Assembly (NCBI GenBank): GCA_963710375.1
Contig: CAVPZX010000002.1
Span: forward strand, 512,001 to 576,000
Reading direction: 5' to 3'
DNA: 64,000 bases
DNA from: Nitrospirota bacterium
Lineage (GTDB): Bacteria; Nitrospirota; Thermodesulfovibrionia; Thermodesulfovibrionales; Dissulfurispiraceae
Numbering within the stretch: the first letter of the stretch is position 1; the number at the start of each line of letters is the position of its first letter. The notes below the pieces were generated by a model, which saw only the letters and a list, made by a program, of their open reading frames with translations, had not been told where the DNA came from and did not search any database. Both the position numbers and the translations under genes were made by a program. Below, one piece after another: positions 17,470-26,201 of the stretch.

Positions 17470-18042
17470 TTAATGCTTATCAGGTTGAATAATTCCCAGG
17501 CTAATAGCAGTATTCATGGCCTGGGCCCTGTTTGTGACATGAAGTTTCTTATATGAATGCTTCAGGTGGGCCTTTACAGTCGACTCGGATATGTTCAATA
17601 GTTCCCCTATTTCCTGATTGTTTTTACCCTCTTTGACCCAGCGTAAGATTTCAACCTCACGAGGGGAAAGGACGCCCTTGCAGGAATTTTCTATTGCTTT
17701 CTTTATCAGTTCCACCAATTCATCGTATGGAGCAGTTTTTTGTATGAAATCAAGTGCTCCTCCATGAACAGCTTTAACAGCATCGGGGATAGTACCATAA
17801 GCCGTGAGCATTATTATCGGCACACTGCTATTGATATGCTTTAATGCCTTAACTGTATCGATACCGTTTATCCCCGGTATTTTCATGTCTACAATGGCCA
17901 AATCAGGAATGAACTCCTTAAAAGAGTCTATAGCCTCAAATCCGTTCTTAGCCTCCAGCACCTTAAACCCCTCAAGCTGGAAAACTAACCTGGCCGCCCT
18001 TCTGAAATCATCGTCGTCATCAACGATCAGAATACTATGCAT
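17470..18042 (-). CDS. Response regulator, REC plus LuxR-type HTH
   Basis: ILIVDDD, DMKIPG, MLTA; LSPREVEILRWVKEGKNNQEIGELLNISESTVKAHL. Confidence 0.93.
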   Translation of the reverse strand: MHSILIVDDDDDFRRAARLVFQLEGFKVLEAKNGFEAIDSFKEFIPDLAIVDMKIPGINGIDTVKALKHINSSVPIIMLTAYGTIPDAVKAVHGGALDFIQKTAPYDELVELIKKAIENSCKGVLSPREVEILRWVKEGKNNQEIGELLNISESTVKAHLKHSYKKLHVTNRAQAMNTAISLGIIQPDKH

Positions 18043-18058
18043 AATCTCTCCCTTTCTT

Positions 18059-19435
18059 TCAGGCATCATTTTCAGTCTTCTGAGTCAGAAGTGGCAAATA
18101 TACTTTAAACGACGCACCCTCTCCCCTGATTGAATCGACGTTTATAAAACCATTGTGCTCTTTTATTATACCGTATACTATGGCAAGGCCTAGTCCCGTT
18201 CCCTTACCCATCTCTTTTGTTGTAAAAAACGGCTCGAATATCTTTGATTTTATTTCAGCGTCAATGCCCTCTCCGGTATCCTGTACCGTGATACAGGCAA
18301 AGCGTCCGCCTGCCCTCAGTCCGAACTTCTCTGCATCTTTCCTGTCAATAGTGACTTCCTCTGTTTGGATGGTAAGGGTGCCTCTCTTACTCATGGCATC
18401 CAGTGCATTGTTGACAAGGTTCATCACTACCTGTTCGAGTTGCAGCCTGTCTCCCTTAATCATAACATCCCCTTCAGACAGTATTTCTCTGTATTCATGC
18501 CGCTCTGCAATAAGCGGCTCCACCGTTTGTCTGAGCGATTTCACCACGCTGTTTATATCAAGAATAGCAAATTTGTTTCTTTCCGTGTTGCTGAAAGCCA
18601 GCAGGGATTCAACGAGTTTCTTCGCTCTATCAAGAGAGCCCTCGGTAAATGTGACGTATTCAGACAGGTTATTGTCTTGCAGCTTCTTTCTCAACACGTA
18701 CAGATACCCCTTTGCAGCACCCAAAACGCTGTTGAAGTCGTGAGCGATGCCGCGCGCAAGAGTCCCGACAGCTTCCATTTTTTCCATCTCAGCCATTCTG
18801 CGTTCGAACGGCACTGTAATTCTCTTAACCGTAAAATAAATTCCCAAAGCTATCGAAACAATGAAAAGAACAGCAATAGCAGCGTTTAACAAAAGCACCT
18901 TTTTTAGAGCGGCATTTAATTTTACCTTATCAATAACAAGATACACGTAACCAATGGTCTTTTTAATTTTTTTGGATTTTTCGGCGAAAAGGGCTACCTC
19001 GCTGTTATCGGGGACTTCAATTGCTATAGACCTGTTGAATTCAAAAAAATTCTTCGACTCTGTCATGGAGGACACGGGGGGGAAAGGCGCGCAGCTGCCA
19101 GCATGCCCATGCATTTTGCTCCATAGGAAAAGGACTTTGCCGTTGTCATTTAAAACAGTTACGGACACGACGCCTTCCTGCATAATAATTCCCTGCACAA
19201 CTGTTTCGATCATCCCTTTATCTTCAGCAAACACCGCAGTCCTAAGGCTTTCGGAGCATATAGCCGCAAGCGACAGTCCTTCTTTGATCAATGATTCCTT
19301 TATCTCGTCCTGCTCCCTGTGCACTATAATGACTGTAGAAAGTATAGACAAAAGTATCGTAATCGATGTCAACCATATAAAGAGCCGCAAACCGATACCA
19401 TGGCGGGATGAACGTGCACGGCTATCGGTCCTCAT
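18059..19435 (-). CDS. Membrane sensor histidine kinase
   Basis: Two TMs with a periplasmic loop; GIAHDFN, QVVMNLVNNALDAM, DTGEG, FEPFFTTK, GTGLGL. Confidence 0.95.
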   Translation of the reverse strand: MRTDSRARSSRHGIGLRLFIWLTSITILLSILSTVIIVHREQDEIKESLIKEGLSLAAICSESLRTAVFAEDKGMIETVVQGIIMQEGVVSVTVLNDNGKVLFLWSKMHGHAGSCAPFPPVSSMTESKNFFEFNRSIAIEVPDNSEVALFAEKSKKIKKTIGYVYLVIDKVKLNAALKKVLLLNAAIAVLFIVSIALGIYFTVKRITVPFERRMAEMEKMEAVGTLARGIAHDFNSVLGAAKGYLYVLRKKLQDNNLSEYVTFTEGSLDRAKKLVESLLAFSNTERNKFAILDINSVVKSLRQTVEPLIAERHEYREILSEGDVMIKGDRLQLEQVVMNLVNNALDAMSKRGTLTIQTEEVTIDRKDAEKFGLRAGGRFACITVQDTGEGIDAEIKSKIFEPFFTTKEMGKGTGLGLAIVYGIIKEHNGFINVDSIRGEGASFKVYLPLLTQKTENDA

Positions 19436-20403
19436 TGCAAGACCTCCGTCTTTCTAAAAACACGGTTAGGGATCCGTATGCCGAGTTTTGAAGCTATTTT
19501 ATGGTTAATGACCAGGAGCGCCTTTCTTGCATAGTAAACAGGGGCGGGCTTCACATCACCGTTTTTAAGAACGGACCATGCCATCTCCCCGGTCTGTTTG
19601 CCTATGTCAAAAGGGTCTATCTCAAGGGACAAAAGTGCACCCATTTCGAGAAATTTGCGGGAAAAAGTCATCAGCGGTATTTTGTTTTGATAAGAAAACG
19701 AAACCATTGACAGTACAGAATCATCAGCGGCAACAGTGGTGTCCGGTATCATCATAAGAAGGTCTACCCTTCCTGTAAGAGATGTGAGCGCGGCAGGCAC
19801 ATCTCTTGCCGAAGGTACGTCTTTCAGAATAATTTGCAGCCCTTTTTCTCTTCCTGCTTTTAACAGCTCTTGCGAATAAGCTCCGGACAGTGCGGGATTG
19901 ATTATGAGCCCTATCCTGCTGATGTGAGGTAAAATCTCAGCAGCGGCATCCAGATATTTGTCAGGGTCGACATCTGTGCTGACCCACCATATGTTATCTT
20001 CTTTGGCCTGCTTGTAAGGATAGACAAGCATTGTGAAGAGGCGGACCGTTTTTAATGATTTGACTGCTTTGTATGCTTTAGACCCGATGGCGACCACTGC
20101 ATCAGGGGACGAATCGAGGATATTGCCCACAATATTATTGACGTTTCCCCTCGAAAGATCGATGACTTTGACAGAGCAGTTGCAGGAGTTTTCAAATCCT
20201 TCAAGGGCATCATTATACAGTTTGATATTATCGCTTTTTACTACGGTTATATCGTAAGCGCTAGCCTCCCCTGCCGCAAGAACCTGCAAAAGCAGACATA
20301 TTGCACAGAATGCAATGGGGAAGGCCCGGTGAAGGGCAAAAGGTATCTTACCGATGTCTGAACTCGATATCCTGCAAAACAAACGCCTTAAGAGAAGCAT
20401 CAT
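19432..20403 (-). CDS. Periplasmic ABC-type substrate-binding protein with no permease nearby
   Basis: Signal peptide ending ASA-YD; PDAVVAIG, RIGLIINP, MIPDTTV, GALLSL...IGKQTG, LVINHKIASKLGI. Confidence 0.85.
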   Translation of the reverse strand: MMLLLRRLFCRISSSDIGKIPFALHRAFPIAFCAICLLLQVLAAGEASAYDITVVKSDNIKLYNDALEGFENSCNCSVKVIDLSRGNVNNIVGNILDSSPDAVVAIGSKAYKAVKSLKTVRLFTMLVYPYKQAKEDNIWWVSTDVDPDKYLDAAAEILPHISRIGLIINPALSGAYSQELLKAGREKGLQIILKDVPSARDVPAALTSLTGRVDLLMMIPDTTVAADDSVLSMVSFSYQNKIPLMTFSRKFLEMGALLSLEIDPFDIGKQTGEMAWSVLKNGDVKPAPVYYARKALLVINHKIASKLGIRIPNRVFRKTEVLQ

Positions 20404-21637
20404 AATAATCCTTGCGGCAGTCTACTCCGGCAACGTCTCCTTTCGCAATAAAGCGCATATACCTGCAACCGCCGAAGCAAAGCGGGAGATAGCAGCATGA
20501 AAGGCACTGCTCATTTTTCCAGATGTCCAGCGCATAAGTATCATTGTATTTTTTGCACCCTTCTTTCAACGTTCCTATCTTAAAGTCTTCCCTCCCGATA
20601 AAACCAGGACACTTATAGAGGTCGCCGTTATAGTTGACTACAAAAAAATTTCCGCTCTCTATCACACACAGGGACGGCTTGATAAATTGTGTTTTGAAGC
20701 CGCGTTTCATTATGGCTTCCCTCAAAAAAACGCCTGCTTCAATTACCCATTGCTCACTATTGGACGTGCACCACTCGGCGTAGTCCGGAATAACAAATGC
20801 CTTGTTAACTGCTGTAACAGGGTCGAATTTAACAGATTTGATTACATCGGGCGTAAGCCCTTCGTCAATAAGATAATCGAGCAGTTTGGGGAATTCAGTA
20901 TAATTGTTGCGGGCATAATTACCGCCGATCTGTATGCTGATATCCCGGCAAACCTGCTTGAGATTCTCAATAATTATATCAAAAGAGCCCTTGCCTGATC
21001 GAAAGGGGCGTGAAACATTATGGGTGGCACGGGGACCGTCGAGGGTCACCTTTGCTCCCACAAGTCCCAAAGGTTTTAGCTGCTGCACAACCTGGCTGGT
21101 CAGCAGTGTGCCGTTTGTTACAAGATTAAAGCTGTAGCGCAATCCCTTATTTGCCGCGAGGTCTTTGAGCCCACCGGACATGCGGACTATCGATTTAATG
21201 CTCAATAGCGGTTCTCCGCCGTAAAAAGTTACGAAGATCTCTTTCTTATTATCATCAATGTTTGCTTCGATAAAGTTGACTAAATCACTCTCTGTCTCCT
21301 CTGACATAAAGTGGTGGCCTTTGACAGCGCCTTCGAAACAATAAGGACATGCCAGGTTGCAGGATAGGTTCAAAACCACGATTAGCGAGAGTTTATTGTT
21401 CAACTCATCGCGACCCTTCATGTAATCCTTCATTGCCGCTGATTCCTGCTCAATGCTGGGCACCATGAAGCCAAGCCTATCCAGAGCAGAGCGGATATCA
21501 GGGCTTACGTCACCGCCGAGCACATCCTGAAGAACAGAATCTTTGAGCGCTATGGTTGCTGCATTCTTTGTGGAATAAAGAATGTTGCGGTCTTCTTTAA
21601 GACTATAAATTTTGCAATATTGGGATAGTTCGCTCAT
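20348..21637 (-). CDS. Radical SAM/SPASM peptide maturase (geopeptide maturase-like)
   Basis: CNLACPYC, FYGGEPLL, VTNGTLL, TLDG; SPASM C...GDLYKC...CLSCCYLPLCFGGC...C; N-terminal RRE-like region. Confidence 0.9.
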   Translation of the reverse strand: MSELSQYCKIYSLKEDRNILYSTKNAATIALKDSVLQDVLGGDVSPDIRSALDRLGFMVPSIEQESAAMKDYMKGRDELNNKLSLIVVLNLSCNLACPYCFEGAVKGHHFMSEETESDLVNFIEANIDDNKKEIFVTFYGGEPLLSIKSIVRMSGGLKDLAANKGLRYSFNLVTNGTLLTSQVVQQLKPLGLVGAKVTLDGPRATHNVSRPFRSGKGSFDIIIENLKQVCRDISIQIGGNYARNNYTEFPKLLDYLIDEGLTPDVIKSVKFDPVTAVNKAFVIPDYAEWCTSNSEQWVIEAGVFLREAIMKRGFKTQFIKPSLCVIESGNFFVVNYNGDLYKCPGFIGREDFKIGTLKEGCKKYNDTYALDIWKNEQCLSCCYLPLCFGGCRYMRFIAKGDVAGVDCRKDYYDASLKAFVLQDIEFRHR

Positions 21638-21648
21638 AAAAATTAGAG

Positions 21649-21672
21649 TGGAGGGGCGCTATGGCCCCTCCA
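21649..21672 (-). terminator. Stem-loop between the precursor and maturase genes
   Basis: 9-bp stem tggaggggc/gcccctcca, 10 nt after the peptide stop codon. Confidence 0.6.
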
Positions 21673-21682
21673 GAATTCTTTG

Positions 21683-21772
21683 TTAATCAAGAAGTGGCAC
21701 CAGAGATCCTACGCAGCAAAACTGACCAGCATCGATTTGCTCCTTTGTATAACCCTCGAATAACACCTCCAT
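21683..21772 (-). CDS. RiPP precursor peptide, 29 aa (geopeptide-like)
   Basis: MEVLFEGYTKEQIDAGQFCCVGSLVPLLD*; RBS AGGAGG with 8-nt spacing; directly upstream of the rSAM/SPASM gene. Confidence 0.85.
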   Translation of the reverse strand: MEVLFEGYTKEQIDAGQFCCVGSLVPLLD

Positions 21773-21822
21773 GTGATATCCCTCCTGCTATTGAACTGGT
21801 CCTTCTAATGAAGGACTTGAGG

Positions 21823-23703
21823 CTAGAACGACATCCTTACCCCTCCCTCCACCCAGCGGTGGGGGTTTCTGTACAAACCGATAGCATATTGGTCGCCGTT
21901 AAATATATTGTTTACTGCAAAGAATCCCTCCCAGACAACCCACTTGTTTCTTGCCAATACTTTTGATATATTGGCATCCACGATTAGGGCATTATAATTG
22001 CCGCCATTTGAAGCTTCAGAGGTCCACCAGATGTAGTGTCCCTTCACCAATGCTTTCAGGGAATCCCTATCATCGTATTTCAGTCCAAAATCGTACGTAC
22101 ATGTAGGCGTATTCAGGATAATGGAATTGGTGTTGATATTACGGGCCCCGATAAAAGAGGCGCCTGCTGTAAGGGAGATATTATAGATTGGCGTTGTGCT
22201 GATCTCGGATTCTATGCCTTGCCGCCTGTCCTTGTCCCTGTTGACTAACACCGATGTGGTGGAAGTCACAGGCTCTAAGGCAATGGCATTGCTGACTATG
22301 TGGTGGAACATCATCACCTTCAAATTCGTGAAAGGGATAACTGTGGTCTCAATCCCGGCCTGGTAGGAAGTGACCCCCTCAACTTTGAGATTAGGGTTTG
22401 AAATGATAGAACTGCCATTGCCATATGTGTAAGACAACGGGGGCACATTAAACCCCCTGGCAGCATCCGCGCGCAGAAGGAAAACATCGCTAAACTTGTA
22501 TGTCGCGCCGAATGAAGGGCTTATAAAATCGCCGTTGGTGTTGGTGTAGTCATATCGAAGGCCGGGCGTAACAGTAAGACGGGGAACTGCCGTGATAGAA
22601 TCATTTACGAACACGGCGGCCTTGTCAAGGCCCTTCTTAAGACCTGATACGCCATTCGAACGAAGTATGCCGGAGTCATAATCACTGCCAAAAACAACAT
22701 TATGGACATCGGATTTCCAATTAGCTTTAATGGTACCCCCTATATCGGTATCATTGAAGTAATTTCTCAGAATATCCTGACCCGATGAAATGAGGGAATA
22801 GTCCTGGTGGCGCTGCTGCTTCAAGGCATGCAGGGCGAGGCTGAAATCGATACTGTCGGCCACTTTTGTATTGAATGACAGAGACGAACGCAGGTAAGTG
22901 AAAGCGTCTCCAATATCCAGTCCGTCTGGTTGATCTTCCAGGATGCCGCGGCTTCCCTCAGTGTAGCTCAAGCTAAGGACCACATCAGAGACGCCTTCAT
23001 GATAACTTAATTTTGTGAAAACATTGTTATTCTCAGTTGCATTGTTCAGCCTGAACCCGTCTGATACAAAGCGGCCGGCGTAAAAATAGTAGCCGAATTG
23101 CGAGAGCCTGCCATATATTTCGGCCCGCGAATCGTTAGTGGTGCGTTCCCCGTACATAATGTCAAGCTCGCCTTTCGCTTTCTTTGTGGTGTCAGCCGAC
23201 TTTGTTATGATGTTGATAATTCCACCAAGAGCAGAGCCCCACGCCGATGATGCAGGCCCCTTGATGATCTCGATACGCTCGATATTTTGAACAGGGATCG
23301 CAGCTATGTCAGCAGTGTTATCCGATAAATTATTGATAATCACACCGTCTATTGCTACAGTGACGTGCCTCGAATCAGAGCCCTGCAAAGACACTGATGC
23401 AATACTGCCGGGCCCTCCCGTAACCAGGACCTGCACACCTGTTATGTTATTAAGCACATCGACGAGAGTATGCGCCCCTGACAGTTTAATGTCCTCAGCG
23501 GTAATAACAGTCACATTCTCGGCTGTCTGTGACAGCGGTTTGGATGATCTTGTAGCGGTTACAACAGACTGGTCACTAAACATGCTGACAAAGGCCTTTT
23601 CCTGCTCGTCGTCAGTCTGCGCTAATACATGCATCGGAAGACCTATATGAAGCACTAATAATAAAAAGAGCGAAAGGGTAAAAGGCGACACACCCGACTC
23701 CAT
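21823..23703 (-). CDS. TonB-dependent receptor (start codon uncertain)
   Basis: VVTATRS, VTVITAEDI, VAIDGV, IERIEIIKGPASSAWGSALGGIINIITK, C-terminal Phe. Confidence 0.93.
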   Translation of the reverse strand: MESGVSPFTLSLFLLLVLHIGLPMHVLAQTDDEQEKAFVSMFSDQSVVTATRSSKPLSQTAENVTVITAEDIKLSGAHTLVDVLNNITGVQVLVTGGPGSIASVSLQGSDSRHVTVAIDGVIINNLSDNTADIAAIPVQNIERIEIIKGPASSAWGSALGGIINIITKSADTTKKAKGELDIMYGERTTNDSRAEIYGRLSQFGYYFYAGRFVSDGFRLNNATENNNVFTKLSYHEGVSDVVLSLSYTEGSRGILEDQPDGLDIGDAFTYLRSSLSFNTKVADSIDFSLALHALKQQRHQDYSLISSGQDILRNYFNDTDIGGTIKANWKSDVHNVVFGSDYDSGILRSNGVSGLKKGLDKAAVFVNDSITAVPRLTVTPGLRYDYTNTNGDFISPSFGATYKFSDVFLLRADAARGFNVPPLSYTYGNGSSIISNPNLKVEGVTSYQAGIETTVIPFTNLKVMMFHHIVSNAIALEPVTSTTSVLVNRDKDRRQGIESEISTTPIYNISLTAGASFIGARNINTNSIILNTPTCTYDFGLKYDDRDSLKALVKGHYIWWTSEASNGGNYNALIVDANISKVLARNKWVVWEGFFAVNNIFNGDQYAIGLYRNPHRWVEGGVRMSF

Positions 23704-23841
23704 CGAAAGTGACGTTGAAATCATTAATATGATACATGTTCCCCACCGTAAAAGTATATGTACTCTTTTTTTAAAAAACTGTACAGTCAAACCCCTTATT
23801 TTACAGCAAAATTCCACCACTTTTAACCATATTAATAGTTA

Positions 23842-23890
23842 TTTTATAACACATCGAATGTCCATCTGGATATTACCCGAAAGTAGCATG
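23842..23890 (-). promoter_or_regulatory. Operator CTACTTTCGGGTAAT + 20 nt + TGTTATAAA (copy 2), pointing into the receptor-peptide operon
   Basis: Minus strand reads catg CTACTTTCGGGTAAT atccagatggacattcgatg TGTTATAAAAT. Confidence 0.75.
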
Positions 23891-23910
23891 CCAAATAAGA
23901 TTTAACATCC

Positions 23911-23958
23911 ATAGTACTTTAGGGTAATTGTTTTCCATACTGAAAACCTGTTATATGT
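23911..23958 (+). promoter_or_regulatory. Operator TACTTTAGGGTAAT + 20 nt + TGTTATATG (copy 3), pointing into a small ORF
   Basis: atag TACTTTAGGGTAAT tgttttccatactgaaaacc TGTTATATG. Confidence 0.72.
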
Positions 23959-24046
23959 TAACAAACCGGCAAATGATGGGAACTGCCGGATAATGGGCAT
24001 TTCGAGAAACGAGCAAAAACCGGGTATTAAGTTTGAGGAGGTTCTC

Positions 24047-24211
24047 ATGATAGTTGAAAGGGTATTAAACGACATTCCAGACAGTGATGTGGCTCAGGTA
24101 GTAATTAATATTGAGAGTGAAGGTTGCAGTGCAATTAAGATACAACAAGCAGATGGAAATTGGACAATAATAGCTACCTGTCCAGTAAATCAGCATCCAA
24201 CAACGCGCTGA
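24047..24211 (+). CDS. Small hypothetical protein (54 aa)
   Basis: RBS gaggagg before ATG 24047; MIVERVLNDIPDSDVAQVV...GNWTIIATCP. Confidence 0.65.
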   Translation: MIVERVLNDIPDSDVAQVVINIESEGCSAIKIQQADGNWTIIATCPVNQHPTTR

Positions 24212-24347
24212 AGATAGCTGACCACTATATGATATGTCTTTTACCGGAACACTGCTGCTTTTTTGCTATTGGGATTAGTTGGTTTGATTACCACCGCCAG
24301 CACCAATAATCTGATTATAAATCTATACAATTTCAGCTTTCCCTTAA

Positions 24348-24384
24348 CGCTGAAAACCGCGTGACCCGTATGCGGTTTTCAGCG
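24348..24384. terminator. 13-bp hairpin downstream of sodC
   Basis: cgctgaaaaccgc / gcggttttcagcg. Confidence 0.6.
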
Positions 24385-24397
24385 CTGCTACCGAATA

Positions 24398-24919
24398 TTA
24401 TTTAATGACACCGCAGGCAACACGGTCACCACCGCCGCCAAGTTTTTGAGGGCTGTCGGAGTAATTGTCGCCGCCGGCGTGTATCATAAGCGCGCGGCCC
24501 TTGAGATCATCTAATTTCAGGCGCGGAGCAAGCACCGGTAGAGTCGCATTCCCCATGGCATCGACACAGAGCGCCGGGAGATCGCCGAGGTGTCCCTCTC
24601 CATAAGGGCCCTCATGTTTGCCCGTTCCGGCAGGGTCATAGTGGCCGCCTGCAGCCATGCCGACCATTTTTTTGCCGTCTTTTTCGACCATACCGCAATC
24701 AGCGTTTTGATGCACATGGAAACCGTGCAAGCCGGGGGTAAGACCGCTCAGTTTGGGACTGAAAATAATGCCGTAAGGACTTTCAGACGCGGTCACCGTA
24801 CCTATAGGCTTGCCGATCCCCCCGCTGTCGATCAGATTAACCTGGATCACCATATCTGCCGCGTAAGCCGAAACAATACCCAGAAGCAAACAGAGCACAA
24901 TCAATAACACTGTCTTCAT
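24398..24919 (-). CDS. sodC: Cu/Zn superoxide dismutase, periplasmic
   Basis: [44 protein letters not shown]. Confidence 0.96.
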   Translation of the reverse strand: MKTVLLIVLCLLLGIVSAYAADMVIQVNLIDSGGIGKPIGTVTASESPYGIIFSPKLSGLTPGLHGFHVHQNADCGMVEKDGKKMVGMAAGGHYDPAGTGKHEGPYGEGHLGDLPALCVDAMGNATLPVLAPRLKLDDLKGRALMIHAGGDNYSDSPQKLGGGGDRVACGVIK

Positions 24920-25031
24920 AATTATACCCTCCTTTTTTTCGCCCTTGCGTGTTATAAGGCGCTCTTTGACAATTGTACAGCAATCCCGGGACGAAATCTA
25001 TTCAGCTGGTTGCCTCATCAAAAAAAATCAT

Positions 25032-26201
25032 TCAGCTCGCCCTCAAGGCATCCACAATATTCATGCGTGACGCCCTGACAGCCGGCAGCACACCGCCCAC
25101 GAAACCCATTATAAGCGAAAAAAACATGGACTGATAAATGATCTTTATAGTCAGTGAGAAGGAGAAAGCAAGCTCTGAAAAGGTTTGGAAATTCATGGTT
25201 GAAATCGTAATTAGCTGCATAAAAGAAGCGAAAAACAGCCCTATGCAACCGCCGGCAAGGCCTAGCAGCAGGGATTCCATGAGAAAGGCAGTTAGGATAT
25301 TGCGCCTTTGAAAACCGAGGGCCCTCAATGTGCCGATTTCATTGGTCCTGTTCGCCACCGCAGCATACATGGTTATCATTGCGCCGATTGTGGCCCCTGT
25401 CGAAAATATGATTGTTAGCGAGAGCCCCAGAACTCTGAGAAACTTCGCCATAACCCTGGATTGCTCTTCATAATACACACTCTCCCTTTTCACCTCGACA
25501 GTCATGCGTGGATCATTCTCGAGGCGTAACTTAATCTTGTCGAAATCCGCGGGATCACTCAACTTAAATGTAACCGAGGAATAGACAGGCCTGCGAAAGG
25601 CTTGCATGAGCTGGTCCACATCTCCCCATATTTCGGAGCTGAAACCGGTGTTTCCTGCGTCGAATATGCCTACGACATTCCAGTCCCGCATGCCGAAACG
25701 GAGTGTTTCGCCAAGGCCTCCTCCCTTGAACCTCCTGGCTATACTTTGTCCAGCCATGATTTCTGAGGAGCCCGGTCGCGGCATGCTCCCTGCCGCGAGT
25801 TTTACCTGTGGTCTCAGCAAGAGTGAATTTTCAGTTGTCCCCCTTATAACAACATTGGACGGTTTGTTGCTGCCGCGTTTAGGAAGGTTTATAAGCACAA
25901 CCAATTCCCTGGCAACCAGGCGGTTGCCGTTCACCCCTATGGCTATTTCAGGCTGCGTCTCGACTATGGAAGCGGAAAGTCTGTCAATCCCGCTCTGCAC
26001 CTCGGAATCTGACCCTTTTCTGATAACTATGCAATTGTCATAGGAGCCCGTATTTACAAGGGTTTTCTTCAGCCCCTCGGCAAGCATCAATATGGAAGCA
26101 AAAACAAATACCACAAGCGCCATGCCTAATATCGTAAGCACATTCGTCAGCCTTCGCGTCCAGAGGTTGCGGATACTGTATGAAAAAGGGATTCTCCCCA
26201 T
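25032..26201 (-). CDS. ABC transporter permease (MacB/FtsX family)
   Basis: N-terminal TM, periplasmic domain, RTNEIGTLRALGF, PAVRASRMNIVDALR. Confidence 0.92.
   Translation of the reverse strand: MGRIPFSYSIRNLWTRRLTNVLTILGMALVVFVFASILMLAEGLKKTLVNTGSYDNCIVIRKGSDSEVQSGIDRLSASIVETQPEIAIGVNGNRLVARELVVLINLPKRGSNKPSNVVIRGTTENSLLLRPQVKLAAGSMPRPGSSEIMAGQSIARRFKGGGLGETLRFGMRDWNVVGIFDAGNTGFSSEIWGDVDQLMQAFRRPVYSSVTFKLSDPADFDKIKLRLENDPRMTVEVKRESVYYEEQSRVMAKFLRVLGLSLTIIFSTGATIGAMITMYAAVANRTNEIGTLRALGFQRRNILTAFLMESLLLGLAGGCIGLFFASFMQLITISTMNFQTFSELAFSFSLTIKIIYQSMFFSLIMGFVGGVLPAVRASRMNIVDALRAS

Noticed and set aside
21661..21966. 101-aa plus-strand ORF over the precursor locus
   Set aside because: It is antisense to the receptor 3' end and to the RBS-supported peptide gene.
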